Source: Chiloscyllium plagiosum
Taxonomy: Eukaryota
Length of the DNA: 64,000 bases
Reading direction: 5' to 3'
Assembly (NCBI RefSeq): GCF_004010195.1
Contig: NC_057728.1
Coordinates: 52,863,922 to 52,927,921 of the forward strand
This document shows, piece by piece, positions 12,080 through 25,744 of the stretch (position 1 is its first letter; the number at the start of each line of letters is the position of its first letter). Made by a program: the position numbers and the translations under genes. The notes below the pieces were generated by a model. The model was not told the origin of the DNA. It ran no database searches and saw only the letters and a program-made list of their open reading frames with translations.

Positions 12080-12570
12080 TACCCAAATGTGAGGTCATCC
12101 AAAACTCTATTCTCACCCAGGTCTTGTTTTGCCCATCACCTGTTGATCCACATCGGCTGCTAGCCAAGAAATGCTTTGAATTTAACATTCTCATTTGTTG
12201 TTTCAAATTATTTCAGCGTTTGTCCCCCACAATCTCAGAAACCTCTCTCCTCTCACCTCATAACCATTCAAAATATCTTTGTTCAATTAATTCTTGCCTT
12301 TGAACATTTGCAATTTTAACTGCCAGGTCATCAGCTCCCTGGGATCTAAGCTCTGGAATTCCTTCTCTAAACATCTCATACCCTATATGTTATTTTCTTC
12401 CTTTAAGACACTCTTTAAAACCTAAGCCTTTGACCAAGCTTTTTTGACATCTGTCCAATATTACCTTACATAGCTGAGTACATATAATTGCTTTAAAATG
12501 TGCCTATGAAGTTTCTTTGAATGTTTAATGTGTTAAACAGGCATTAGATAAATATGAATTGTTGTTGTGT
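12080..12570 (+). mobile_element. Old L2-type LINE 3' fragment
   Basis: CTCTGGAATTCC..CTTTGACCAAGCTTTT..TTGTTGTTG tail; similar pieces at ~5780-5930, 19000-19340, 37390-37560. Confidence 0.6.
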
Positions 12571-13204
12571 ATCCTTTGCCAGGGGTTATTTAATTGCCTT
12601 GTTGATTTTACTATTAAATCTGTTTTCACCAGGTTTTCATGCAATACATTAAACGTAATATCTGACTACATAAAACAATGGCCTCATCAATTTTTAATTT
12701 TATTAATTACCTTAGATTGGTCTTCTGAATTCTCCTCAGAAAGGAATGGAGATAGAAATGGGAGCCAGATACATAATGGGCTAATGATTCTCCTTGTCTA
12801 ATTTTGCACTCTCTCATCATCCCAGTGTATCTCATCAGAGTGAAACTTCCATTACTCATTGTTGAATTGAGCTGGTGGCCAATATCCCGCAATTTCTCTC
12901 ACAAGACTGGGTAGAAGGAACTTCTAAGGAGCGGTTTGCATAAACATGTTATCCAAATCTTTTCTCAATCTAATTTTCCTTGTGTCATAGCCTCAATCCT
13001 GAACTCCAATCTCCTCTCCCTATCATGGTCTCCTTCCTAGCGCCCTCAGGGTTAGTTGTCCTATTATTTTCATCATCTTTACAAATATAACAGTTGAGAA
13101 CTTGTTTCTGCTAATAATAACTGGTTGGCTAACTGACTGTGGCAGTGGATTACATTGACATACGCAAATTATTGATATAACGATCCTACTTCTGATTTTT
13201 AAGT

Positions 13205-13565
13205 CTCTTAGAAACCTCGGAACAAGAATAGATTGTTCAGCCTATCGAGCTTGGTTCGCCATTTGACATCATGGCTGGTCTCCTCAATGTCAATTGTACT
13301 GTCACCATATGCCTTAATGTCATTAGTCTCCAGAATTTCTGGTTTGAACCAGCTTAATAATGAGCTTTCTACAACCCCTGGGGTAGAGATTTCCAATGAC
13401 CTGTCAACTGCTGAGTGAAGAAATTCCACTTCAACCAGTCTTAACTGGCACACCCCTTAACCTGAGACTGCATCTCTTGGTACTAAAATCACCAACCAGG
13501 AGAAACATTCTACCTATTTTCACCCTGTCACATCCTGTAAGAATTTGATACGATTCAGTGAGAAA
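13205..13565 (-). mobile_element. Old CR1 3' fragment
   Basis: Degenerate RTRG..FFSQRVV..WN pattern and tail. Confidence 0.6.
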
Positions 13566-13964
13566 ACTAATTTAGGATCATGTAACTGAGTTGTACAAGA
13601 TTATATCACCCCCTATTTGAAAAGAGAAAGCAACAGTGGTCTAGAATGTGGGTCTATTGTTTTCAGGTAAAGGAAATGTTCACCTGTTAAACCTGCTTTA
13701 GGGTCTGAAGTTAATTAAAATAGTAAGCATCAGCGACTGTTTAAAATAAGCTATAAAATTTAGTGGTGAGTAGAATTGAGACAATAGCCTGTAGTTTATT
13801 AACAGTCCCTTTCCCTGCACCTTGTCCAATGTTTCACGTACATAAGTATTCGATCCCCAAGGTCTCCAAATAGTTATAGATATCCTAATTACATGGAGTG
13901 ACTAGAGAAGCTAGGATTGCCTTCCATGGAACAGAAGGGAAAGTGTTCAAAATTGTGTTTTCAT

Positions 13965-14295
13965 CCAGGAGTGACGGTCTCAGCCCAGCCTCCTCTTTGG
14001 TGGAGGCTTCTGGCCAATATTCCGGGAGCCTGGAATGGTGATCTTGTTCCAGAATGACGGTCTCATCCTAGAATGGTGGCTTGTCCCAGCTGTCTCTTCA
14101 GTGTATTCAATTATTCCTTAATCCCTGAGCCCAGGTGCCATTAACTGAACTGTAATGAACTTTGTCTTAATTTACTTTATTTTGTTTTTATATATGACTT
14201 CTTTTATTGATGTACATGCCGTGGTGTGGTGACTTATAAAACCTGTCACTGTATTTTTCACGTAAAAGTACACGTGATAATAAATTTCTATTCTA
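13965..14295 (+). mobile_element. Non-autonomous retroelement fragment with ..GTACACGTGATAATAAA(TTCTA)n tail
   Basis: 3' end homologous to the reverse complement of 15830-15920; short internal repeats. Confidence 0.55.
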
Positions 14296-14745
14296 TTTTA
14301 AAAGGTATGGAGAGATAGTTTCCTTTAGCATAAGGTCAGTGAACAGAGAGCGAAATTTAATATTATTAGCAAATGAAACAGAGGTGGAGAGGAGGAATTG
14401 ATTTTTAACAGTGAATTTATGATCTGGAATGTGATGCCTGAAAGGGTGTTGGCAACAGGTAAGATAGTAACTTTCAAAAGGAAATTGCATAAATACTTGA
14501 AAAGAAATTGCAAGGGTGTAGGGCAGGGTAGAGAGCAGATGATGGTCCATATAGCCTCCTTGATATTTCTGGTTCTATCAGTGACAATACATTGCGTTAT
14601 TTTCCATGCCAGTTATTTCCCCAACAAAGTGAATATCGCTGTAATCACTCCTGTAATAAACTGCTGAACTTACTAACGTGCAGAGGTGTCAGTGGGCAAG
14701 AATTGATTTTGGTTGTCTGTTATCACCTATCATCATCTAGTTGTA

Positions 14746-14904
14746 CAGAGGAACCTCGATTATCTGACATTCGATTAACCAAATTCCAGATTATCTGAAC
14801 AAGATTGCAAGGTCCCGATGCATAGCTAACTACGTTATCTGGCATTCAATTAACCGAACGAAATACTCCCCATCCATGTCCTTTGGATACTCGAGGTTCC
14901 TGTG
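14746..14904. mobile_element. Tc1/mariner (Tigger/pogo-like) MITE
   Basis: TA|CAGAGGAACCTCGA ... TCGAGGTTCCTGTG|TA; ~20-bp TIRs, TA TSD. Confidence 0.85.
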
Positions 14905-15405
14905 TACTCGGATTTGGGGTTCATACACATTGCTCACAGAATCACAGAAATTTTACAGCACAGAAGGAGGCTTTTCGGCCCATTTAGTTTGTATTGGCTC
15001 TCCAAAAGAGAAATTAGCCTTGTCCCATTGGCCCACCTTCTCCCCTGTAATTTTGCGCATGCTCCCTTTCCAGATAATATTCTTGCTCTCTTCTGAAAGC
15101 TTCAAAAGATCTTGCCTCCTCCGCACTCTCAGGAAATGCATTCCAGGCCTTAGCCATTTGTTTTGTGAAAAAACTTTGCCGTCATATTGATTTTGCTTCA
15201 AATCTGAACTCTGCTCTCAACTCCCACTCCTCAGATTTAAAAAAAAACTTTCATGGGATGTGGGTGTCACTGGCAACAAGACTAGCAATTACCCTGAACT
15301 GAGTGGTTTGCTAGGCCATTTCTGAGGGCAGTTAAGAGTCAACCACATTGCTGTGTGTCTGCAGTGAAATGGAAGCTAGATCAGTTAATTTTCCTCTGTA
15401 AAGGA

Positions 15406-15640
15406 CATAGAACATAGAACATTACAGCACAGTACAGGCCCTTTGGCCCTTGATGTTGCGCCGACCTGTGGAACCAATCTGAAGCCTACACGATTCCATT
15501 CTCACCCATATACCTATCCAATGACCATTTAAATGCCCTTAAAGTTGGCGAGTCTACTACTGTTGCAGGCAGCGCATTCCACGCCCTTACTACTCTCTGA
15601 GTAAAGAAACTACCTCTGAACATCTATCCTATAACAATCA
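15406..15640 (-). mobile_element. CR1 3' end ((ATGTTCT)n-tail subfamily)
   Basis: AGAACATAGAACA tail; older CR1 pieces also at ~14300-14545(+) and ~14935-15200(-). Confidence 0.8.
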
Positions 15641-16129
15641 CTAGAGAACTGTCTATGTTTTTATTTTACAACAATCAGTGACAGTTTCATGGTTACCATT
15701 AATGAAACCAGATTTATTGATTTAATTTAATACCATCACCTGCCATGCAGACTGACATTTATTGAGAGGAATACTCTAGGTACTCTTGCACATATGAGAT
15801 ACCCTGTCTGATCTCTCTGTAATAGAACTGGGTTGACTTGAATTAACTTTATTGACACATGTACTCAAATGAGTATAGCGACACGTTTATAAGTCGCCAC
15901 ATACAGTGCCATCTTAGGTACAAAGGTACTGAGGTACAATCCTGAGTTACAGAATATAGAAATGAAGAAAAAAAGTTACTTTACAGCGATACACAGCATA
16001 ATGATAGGTCAGAAAAACAAGATGCAAAGTTAAAAAGACAAACATCACAATCTCTCTCCAAGGGGTCTCCATAGCAGACAAGCGCAGGGAGCCTCCACAC
16101 GGTCTGACTACTGGCTGCTACCACCTGCT

Positions 16130-18145
16130 CCCGCACTGGGCTAATATCCCTGCTCCCACACTGGACTAATACCTGCAGCTCCAACACAGGGCTAATAGCC
16201 CCACTTCTGCACTAGGCTAATATCCCTGCTCTCACACTGGGCTAATACTCCGGCTCCCAAACTGGGCTAATACCCCGGCTCCCACAATGGGCTAATACCC
16301 CCTCTCCAACACTGGGCTAATACCCCGGCTCCCACACTGGGCTAATACTCCGACTCCCGCACTGGGCTAATACTCCCAGCTCCCACACTGGGCTAATACC
16401 ACCTGCTCCAACACTGGGCTAATACCCCAGCTCCCACACTGGGCTAATACCCGGCTCCCACACTGGGCTAATACCCCCGCTCCCACACTGGGCTAATACC
16501 CCCTCTCCAACACTGGGCTAATACCCCAGCTCCCACACTGGGCTAATACCCGGCTCCCACACTGGGCTAATACCCCCGCTCCCACACTGGGCTAATACCC
16601 CCTCTCCAACACTGGGCTAATACCCCCGCTCCCACACTGGGCTAATACGCCGAGCTCCAACACTGGGCTTATAACCCTGCTTCCACACTGGGCTAATGAC
16701 CCTGCTCCCACACTGGGCTAATACCCCAGCTCCCACACTGGGCTAATACCCCAGCTCCCACACTGGGCTAATACGCCGAGCTCCAACACTGGGCTTATAA
16801 CCCTGCTTCCACACTGGGCTAATGACCCTGCTCCTACACTGGGCTAATAACCCTGCTCCCACACTGGGCTAATACCCCCGCTCCCACACTGGGCTAATAC
16901 CCCCCCTCCAACACTGGGCTAATACCCCCGCTCCCACACTGGGCTAATACGCCGAGCTCCAACACTGGGCTTATAACCCTGCTTCCACACTGGGCTAATG
17001 ACCCTGCTTCCACACTGGGCTAATGACCCTGCTCCCACACTGGGCTAATACCCCAGCTCCCACACTGGTCTAATACCCCCGCTCCCACACTGGGCTTATA
17101 CCCCCGCTCCCGCACTGGACTAATAACCCCAGCTCCAACACAGGGTTAATAGCCCCACTCCCGCACTGGGCTAATACCCCCGCTCCCACACGGGGCTAAT
17201 ATGCCGAGCTCTAACACTGGGGTTATAAGCCTGCTTGGAGAAGAAAGTGAGGACTGCAGATGTTGGAGATCAGAGCTGAAAATGTGTTGTTGGAAAAGCG
17301 CAGCAGGTCAGGCAGCATCCAAGGAACAGGAGAATCCTGTTCCTTGGATGCTGCCTGACCTGCTGCGCTTTTCCAGCAACACATTTTCAGCTTATAAGCC
17401 TGCTTGCACACTGGGCTAATACCCCTGCTACTGCACTGAGCTAATATCCCCGCTCCCACACTGGGCTAATACCCCCGGTCCAACACTGGGCTAATATCCC
17501 CAGCTCCAACACAGGGCTAATACCCCCGCTCCCGCACTGGGCCAATAACCCCAGCTCCAATACTGGGCTAATACCCCCGCTCCCACACTGGGCTAATAAT
17601 CCCAGCTCCAACACTGGGCTAATAACCCCGCTACTGCACAGGGCTAATACCCCACTCCCACACTGGGCTAATACCCCTGCTCCTGCACTGGCTAATACCC
17701 CTGTTCCCACACTGGGCTAATACCCCCAGCTCCAACACAGGGCTAATATTCCCACTCTCTCACTGCGCTAATACCCATGCTCCTGCACTGGGCTAATACC
17801 TCCACTCCTACACTGGGCTAATAACCCTAGCTCCAATACTGAGCTAATATCCCCACTCCTGCACTGGGTTAATACATCCACCCCCGCACTGGGCTAATTC
17901 CCCATCTCCCGCACTGGGCTAATAACCCCAGCTCCAACACTGGGCTAATACCTCAGCTCCCACACTGGACTAATACCCATGCTCCCACACTGAGTTAATA
18001 CCTCAGCTCCAACACTGGGCTAACACCCCCCTTCTGCACTGGGCAAATATCCCCACCCCCACACTGGGCTAATACCCTCTCTCCCACACTGGACTAATAC
18101 CCTCACACCCACACTGGGCTAATACCCCCACTCCCACACTAGGCT
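16130..18145. repeat. Minisatellite, ~25-bp unit CCCACACTGGGCTAATACCCCCGCT, roughly 70-75 copies
   Basis: Direct reading; CACTGGGCTAATA core conserved, flanking bases variable. Confidence 0.97.
17238..17391 (-). mobile_element. Fold-back Penelope-like terminus inserted in the minisatellite
   Basis: ~57-bp inverted arms; TSD TTATAAGCCTGCTTG at 17223-17237 and 17392-17406. Confidence 0.88.
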
Positions 18146-19939
18146 CCTACCTGCCCTCAGCTGCTGGTATCCTTGCTTTGGGCCACTGGTTTCTGGTATC
18201 TCCACTCTGCCTGCTGGCAGTGGTGTTCCCACTACAGGCCACTAGCATATCCGCTCAGGGTCGCCGACTGCCAACCCTGCTTCAGAGGCTGGGCCACGTG
18301 TCCAAGGCTGAGAAGAGAGAAGAAGAAAATAAAGAAAAAGAACAGGGGATGTGGAGGAGCCCTGGCTGGAGCGTCCTTCTCCACCATCATCTTACCAGAA
18401 ACAGATCTTGCTGTGCTGTTTGAAGAAGGGCAGTTCTTTTGACTGCCCTGGTAAAAGTCTATTCCTTAACCCACATTATTAAAATACATTTTACCTTGCA
18501 GTTAGTGGGAGTTTGCTGTGCTCAAAATGGCTGCTGCGTTTCCTACATTACAACAGTGACTACATGTGAAAAGCTAATTTGTGATTATCTGAGCTTATGG
18601 ATTGTCTTATGTAAGGGCAGGTTTTTGTTTCTCTCCTTTCGATGTATATTCTACTCCAGCAAATATTCAATGGGCCTGAGAGCAGCTGTTCCTTACTTAG
18701 ATCTTTCAGAAGTCAGCATCTCTGTTGAACAATATGAGTATTATTTGTCTCAAAGCTTTCTGAAAGTGACATTCAGTGTTTTGGCCCTTCACTTTAATTC
18801 AGTTGAATGGCTTGCTGCACTTCAGTGGCATGCCTGAATCCTGACCTTGGTTTTCAGGATAAACTGCGACATGTAAAGGAATTTCCAGTTTACATGACAT
18901 TTAAACTACTGCTGTACAATTTCATACATTTACTACCTATATCTCTAACCAGCAGAGAACATGCTCAGCCATCCACCCCTATGATCACCAGCCCAATTGA
19001 CTAATAGCTCTATTTTAAAATTCTCATCTTTGTACTCAAATTACAATTATTCTGAAGTTCCCAAAACCCTCTATGTTCCTCTAACTCTGGCCTTTTGTAT
19101 ATACTCCACTCCTTTTGCTCACCATTGGTGCTGTGCCGTCAGCAAACTGAGCCCTATACTTTGGAATTCCCTTCATCAGTCTCTTTGAGACTTCTTAAAT
19201 CCTTCCTCTTTGACCAAGCTTTCAGTCACCATTTCAAAAGACTCCCTCATTGGCACAGTGTCAATTTTATGTTGAACACTCTTGAGAAATTACCAGGGGA
19301 ATTCTCTGGAGGTACTTTCCAAACATAAATTATTATTGCAGATAATCTGGGTACTCCCTGATTCAGAATCACCATATGCTTTGCTTCCTGTAAGCTGCTC
19401 CCTGAGTGACAGAGCTTTCAGATTTCAGCCTCAAATCTGTTCTCTCTGCACCTATTTGGATTTAAAGTTAGTACTTGATACTAAGTGGCTGAATTCAGAA
19501 ACACCCTATCAATACTTAACACACCTTACTTACTCAGTCTGACCTATAAATGACTCCAGTAAACCTTACTCTTGATGGGGGCTAATTAGACCCTCAGTTG
19601 CATCAAACCTGATGTGATCAATTCATGAGAAAGGTCTACCACCACCTTCTCAAGGCAATTAGGAGTGGGCAATAAAACTAGACTTTTGAGTTAAATTGTG
19701 GATTCTGTAGAGACAAGATATCATAATCTAGGCTGATGGTGCAGTACTGAGACAGTGCTACATTGTCAGAAGTGATTGGATAGATGTAAAAGACCCCGGC
19801 ACTATTTTGAAGAAAATCAGCTAGTGTCCGGGATAATATTTTTGACCGTTTCTGGATCAGAATATTAGGTCATAATCACATGGCTGTTTGTGGGATCATG
19901 CTGCATGCATTGGTTATTAAAAATGTATTCATTTCGTGT

Positions 19940-20550
19940 AATGTGGGTGTCGCTGGCTGGTTGCTCTTGAGATGGGGCTGAGCTGCTATCTTAAACCGTC
20001 GCAGTCCACAATGCCATTAGAGAGGGAATTCCAAGATTTTGACCAGTGACAGTGAAGGAACAGTGATATATTTCCAAGTCAGGATGATGAGTGGCAATAT
20101 TCCCATATATCTGCTGCCCTTATCCTTCTAGATGGAAGTGGTTGTGGGTTTGAAAGATGCTGTCTAAGGATCTTTGGTGAATTTCTGTTGTGCATTTTGT
20201 AGATAGTACACACTGCTGCTACTGAGCATCGATTTTGGGGGGAGTGGATGCTGTGGATGTGTTGCCAATCAAGTGGGCTGCTTTGTCCTGGATGCTGCCG
20301 AGCTTCTTGAGTGCTGTTGGAGCTGTACTCATCCAGGCAAATGTGGAGTATTCCATCACACTCCTGACTTGGGCCTTGTAGATGGTGGACAGGCTTTCAG
20401 GAATCAGGAGGTGAGTTACTTGCTGCAGTATCCCTAGCCTCTGACCTGTTCTTGATTCCATTGCGTTTATGTGGTAGGTCCAGTTGAGTTTCTAATCAAT
20501 TATTACTCCCAAGATGTTGCTAGTGGGGGATTCAGTGATGATAACATTGT
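19940..20550 (-). mobile_element. CR1/L2-group (Crack-like) LINE ORF2 C-terminal fragment
   Basis: LSTIYKAQVRSVMEYS..W..LGSIQDKAAHLIG. Confidence 0.7.
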
Positions 20551-20789
20551 TTGCCTACATTATAACAATGTTTACACTTCAAATGTACTTCAATGACTGT
20601 AAAGTGCTTCAAGATATCATCAGCTCGTGAGAGGGGCTATGGAAATGCAAATCATTCTTTCTCTGCTATATACGCTGTTTAATAGCTGTTCATGAAATTT
20701 GCAGATATTAGCAGTGTTAACATCTTTACAGGCATCCTTTTGACAATAATTTAATGCTCATGCTCAATGCAAGAGCAGAAAGGAAAATG

Positions 20790-21185
20790 TTCTGGTTCAG
20801 TGGGCAGTACACTCACCTGTGAATCAGAGGTTGTGGGCAAAAGTCAAAATCCAGAAACATGCGCATGATTTGGGCTGGCACTTCAGTGCAGTACTGGGGG
20901 AGTAATTTGTTTTTGCGATGAGACTGCTCTCTCAGCTGGACATAAAAACTCCTGTGGAACTATTTCAACCAAGAGCAGGAGAGTTATTCTCCTAGTCAAT
21001 ATCTATCAGATAGTCTTAATCACAAACAGAGATTATCTGGTCTTTATCAAATTGCTGATTGCAGGAGAATGCTGTGTGCAAATTGGCTGTCTTGATTCTT
21101 ACATTATAACAGCAACTATGCTTCATAAAGCACTTTGCAATGTCCTTTGGCAGTGAATGAAGCTAGATAAAGGCAAATCTTCCTT
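20790..21185 (+). mobile_element. Ancient tRNA-headed SINE (Deu/SacSINE-like)
   Basis: tRNA-like head, CAGTGCAGTACTG, TGCTGTGTGCAAATTGGCTG core; relatives near 18400, 19730, 43500, 44200, 47500, 61070. Confidence 0.6.
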
Positions 21186-21322
21186 TGTTTTTTTATAGAA
21201 ATCCATTCAACACTAATCTACAAATAGCAGCTCCAAAATCTTTAGGGTTATAGTATTTATAAATACTACTTTCAAATTTGACATCATCCACTACTGGTTT
21301 ACCATTGCAGCACTTGGAGACA

Positions 21323-22034
21323 CATATCCTCTTCCGTCTGGTGGTTGAGACTGTCTAGACTGCAGAATATCCTCACAGCCACTGCCACCGTCAATGATAA
21401 CACTGCATTCCTCTTGGAGGAAGGTGCAGAAAGGCAGCATACGAAGAGCTACCACATTCATCAGTTGCTGGTGATAGGAGGCAAGATTTTGTTCAGGATA
21501 ATGAATTTGGAATGAATATTTCTGGGGCCTCTACTGGAGGTATCAATAATCTCTATGCAAGACTGGCTACATGCATGACCTGGTCAATGATGTGTAAGGT
21601 TAATTACATCTTGGTAACTCAAGGTTTCTAATAATAACTTCCTTTATATGGAATGTGGAGTTGATTTATGTTTAGCATGGGCTTCAGGTAAACACGACTA
21701 ATGTTTGAATTCATCTATTCACCACTTCTGGGGATGGTTAGATATCTGGAAGGTTATTTACATGTACTACCTTAGACTGTTATGAAAGCAATCCCCAAAC
21801 CACAACAGTGACAAATGGCCAATATAAACACGGCAGTACGATAAATTTTGTTCACTTGCTTTCACATGGGGTGGGGTGTGTTGACAAATGTACCACTGGT
21901 AACTTGAATGAAAAGTTGGCACTTCTGGTCCGGAGAAGTGAAGTAGTGTCAGCTACTTGAAAGCCCCCACACTGGCAGTGGATGTAAGAGTATGCAGTCT
22001 AGACAGTCTCAAATACTGGACCAGAGAGGATTTG
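21323..22034. mobile_element. Old element bounded by ~65-bp inverted repeats (probable DNA-transposon remnant)
   Basis: 21323-21387 vs 21973-22034; exact 19-bp core TGAGACTGTCTAGACTGCA. Confidence 0.6.
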
Positions 22035-23519
22035 AAACATTAGCATTCTAAACACGAATAGGCCAAAGACTTCTACTGAACAAATTATCTCTTGCATAAT
22101 AACACAGAAGGAAGCCATTTGAAGTTAACATACCAGTTTGATAATCTTTTGTTAGAACAGTCTAATGAATGGTCATTGGCCTGAAACATGAACGCTGTTT
22201 TTCTTTCCACAGATGCTGCCTGACCTGCTGAGTCCAATATGTTCAGGAATTTTGCACTACTTTTATCTCTCAACAAACACCTAAGAGTCAATATTTGGCC
22301 ATTTATTGAAATTATTTAATAGCTGTTCATGGGGTTTTGCTGGGAGTAAGTTGGTTGCTGCTTTTCCTACATATAACAACAACTAATCTCCCAAAATAAT
22401 TGCCTGCAAATTATTTCTGAGACATCCTGTTGTTGAGAAAAGTGCTACATGAATGCATGTTCTTTGTTTTGTACTTCTGTAAAACACCAAACCTAAAGCA
22501 AATAAAAATTAGGTGGAACGTTATGGAGGCCTGAATGACATGGGTGATAGTGAGAAACGTGATGGAATTTTGAAGCACGTCCAACGAGGCATACCTTGAC
22601 TCTGGAAGCCACTTGCTGTGGCTTTTACCTACATTGTGGGTGTCGAGGCCAGATCCTCATTAGGTAACAGTAAGTTGCTTATTGAGAGGGATTAGTGTTT
22701 GTGCACCACACTGTTAATACTACAACATTGCTAATGCCAGAACTTGCCTCTTTAACATCTCCCTATCCTATAACCCGGCATGAGCAAACTAGCCATTAAG
22801 AAATCTCAATATGGAAGTCAGACTGGGTACTTGGCAAATTCAACTTACAACTTGTTCCTAAGGACCTCTATGTTTGAATCAGGCACAAGCATCTCAGATC
22901 ATGCTCTATGGGCACTGGTCACAAAAACCCCACATCCATCTGATATCTGCCAACCTCTAAGAACTCTCATGGTATATCTCCAATCCACTTACAGTGCTTC
23001 TGCACTTCAATGCAACACCTTGGGGTACGGTGGCAACTATCATTGTAATCCTGCAGCAAGGACACTTTACACTGAGAGACATGTACCTTGCTCGTGGACA
23101 GGACCAGGCTACCTGTCTGTCCTATTTGCTTTATCTCACCGCTTACTCACTTTAAGTGTACCTGAATAATCAGAGAATCCCTGCTTTGTCTTGCGTTTTT
23201 GCACTTTACCGTCAGCCACAGATTTCAGGCACACAGTACTGCTGTAATGCATTGACATTTAGAGTAGATATAAAGCCAGGAAACTTCTCATGGTTGTCAG
23301 CAGACCTCAGTCAAGTCAAAGGCCATCCCAGCAAGGTAAATCAAGTGCAGTCTGTGATAACAGTCTAAGGACTTGACATACTCAGTTAGCTGCTCATAGT
23401 GGTCTTAGTCACAATCCCCTCTACATCAGGGATGAGGATCTGAATGCTCAGCAACACACCTTCTAACTTGACTCTATTGTGGGAAGTTTTTCTCCTAGAA
23501 TGAGAAAGAGGCAGGTATT

Positions 23520-24900
23520 AGACAGAGGGTGGTGGTGGAGGGTTCTTTTTCAGACTGGAGGCCTGTGACCAGTGGAGTACCACAAGGATCGGTGCTGGGT
23601 CCTCTACTTTTTGTCATTTACATAAATGATTTGGATGTGAGCATAAGAGGTAGAGTTAGTAAGCTTGCAGATGACACCAAAATAAGAGGTGTGGTGGACA
23701 GCAAAGAAGATTACCTCAGATTACAACAGGATCTTGATCAGATGGGCCAATGGGCTGAGAAGTGGCAAATGGAGTTTAATTCAGATAAATGCGAGGTGTT
23801 GTATTTTGGGAAAGCAAATCTTAGCAGGACTTATATACTTAATGGTAAGGTCCTAGGGAGTGTTGCTGAACAAAGAGACCTTGGAGTGCAGGTTCATACC
23901 TCCTTGAAAGTGGAGTCGCAGGTAGACAGGATAGATTAGATTACATTACAGTGTGGAAACAGGCCCTTCGGCCCAACAAGTCCACACCAACCTGCCGAAG
24001 CGTAACCCACCCATACCCCTACATTTACCCCTTACCTAACACTATGGGCAATTTAGCCTGGCCAATTCACCTGACCTGCACATCTTTGGACTGTGGGAGG
24101 AAACCGGAGCACCCGGAGAAAACCCACGCAGACACGGGGAGAACATGCAAACTCCACACAGTCAGTCGCCAGAGGCGGGAATTGAACCCGGGTCTCTGGC
24201 GCTGTGAGGCAGCAGTGCTAACCACTGTGCCACCGTGCCGACCACAATAGTGAAGAAGGAATTTGGTATGCTTTCCTTTATTGGTCAGTGTATTGAGTCC
24301 AGGAGTTGGGAGGTCATGTTGCGACTGTACAGCACATTGGTTAGGCCACTGTTGGAATATTGCGTGCAATTCTGGTCTCCTTCCTATCGAAAAGACGTTG
24401 TGAAACTTGAAAGAGTTCAGAAAAGATTTACAAGGATGTTGCCAGGGTTGGAGGATTTGAGCTATAGGGAGAGGCTGAACAGGCTGGGGTTGTATTCCCT
24501 GGAGCATCGGAGGCTGAGGGGTGACCTTATAGAGGTTTATAAAATTATGACGAGCATGGATAGCATAAATAGGCAAATGCTTTTCCCTGGGTTGGGGGAG
24601 TCCAGAACTAGAGGGCATAGGTTTAGGCTGAGAGAGGAAACATATAAAAGAGACCTAAGGGGCAACTTTTTTCACACAGAGGGTGGTACGTGTCTGGAAT
24701 GAGCTGCCAGAGGAAGTGGTGGAGGCTGGTGCAATTGCAACATTTAAGAGGCATTTGGATGGGTATATGAATAGGAAGGGTTTGGAGGGATATGGGCCGG
24801 GTGCTGGCAGGTGGGACAAGATTGGGTTGGGATATCTGGTCGGCATGGACAGGTTGGACCGAAGCGTCTGTTTACGTGCTCTACATCTTCATGACTCTAT
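23520..24900 (+). mobile_element. Young 5'-truncated CR1
   Basis: [34 protein letters not shown], tail; TSD TATTA. Confidence 0.95.
23935..24243 (-). mobile_element. Young HE1/V-type SINE nested in the CR1
   Basis: A box TGGCACAGTGGTT, B box GGTTCAATTCC; nearly identical to 54048-54360. Confidence 0.93.
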
Positions 24901-25431
24901 TAAGAGAGATGAAAATGGGTGGCACAGCTGTTATTTTTGTTACTTTGAATCCAAATGGTAATTCAATACAGCAGCGCTGTGAGCCTGGTAACTGTGGCTG
25001 ATGGGCAAGGTGCAAAAAAGTAGTGTCTTGAGTGAGTGAGTAGGCAGCACAAGGGCCATGCTGCATTAATGGTGTCAGTGATTGGGGTGGGTGAGAGTGA
25101 GTGACGGAAGATGTTGCAGCTAATAGTGATTCTGGTAAAGCATGAGCTTTGGTGGGAATTTGGCACAGTAGCAGATATGTAGTGACTATGAGGTATTGGA
25201 GAGAAGATAGTGGCACTTACAGTAGAGAAGTAGAGAAGATCATTTACCTTCCTCCTATATTGAAGGACTGCACACGGCCGAGACTGCATCGGCCACGGTG
25301 GCAAGCTGAGACCAGGCTGCCATGTTCTGGTGCCATGGCCTCTGTTGCTGGTTCTTGAGGTAGTGGACATCTGTGCACCACATCCACCTCCAGATCCTTG
25401 CTTTCAAAGCAGGGTGACATTTTCCTTAACA

Positions 25432-25665
25432 ACAGCAGCTGAAGTTGCTGGAATAGCATAGCAGGTCTGGCAGCATCAGTGAAGAGAAATCAGAATTAAC
25501 ATTTCGTGTCCAGTGACCCTTCCTCAGAACTGCTTAGAACCAGTTCTGAGGGTCACCAGATCTGAAATGTTAATTTTGATTTCTCTTCAAAGATGCTGCC
25601 AGACGTGCTGAGCTTTTCCATTTTTTGTTTCTGATTTACAGCACCTGCAGTTCTTTTGGATTTTT
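25432..25665. mobile_element. Older fold-back Penelope-like terminus with decayed hammerheads
   Basis: Inverted arms about 25535; minus strand CTGAGGAAGGGTCACTGGACACGAAATGTT. Confidence 0.7.
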
Positions 25666-25744
25666 TTTCAAGGAAACTTACATTTGGCCAAAAATAATAT
25701 AAGATTTAGCACAATGTGTACTTATGCAGACCCCCACGAAAACA

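Larger units (their letters stand above)
15830..18395 (-). mobile_element. Non-autonomous retroelement-like unit carrying an expanded internal minisatellite
   Basis: 5' AAGATGATGG.. at 18392, tail ..GTACATGTGTCAATAAAG at ~15845, same tail family as 13965-14295. Confidence 0.5.
22690..25430 (-). mobile_element. Degenerate PIF/Harbinger-like element (Myb/SANT-like remnant), split by a CR1
   Basis: SPCFESKDLEV..QYRRKVNDLL at ~25240-25425(-); collinear with 34330-35660. Confidence 0.55.

Noticed and set aside
12707..12892. Minus-strand coding exon ending at AAG|GTAATT
   Set aside because: No convincing acceptor, an upstream in-frame stop, and an unrecognisable peptide.
16130..18145. CRISPR-like array
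   Set aside because: No unique spacers; the variable parts are related ~10-nt variants, there are no cas genes, and the context is vertebrate. It is a minisatellite.
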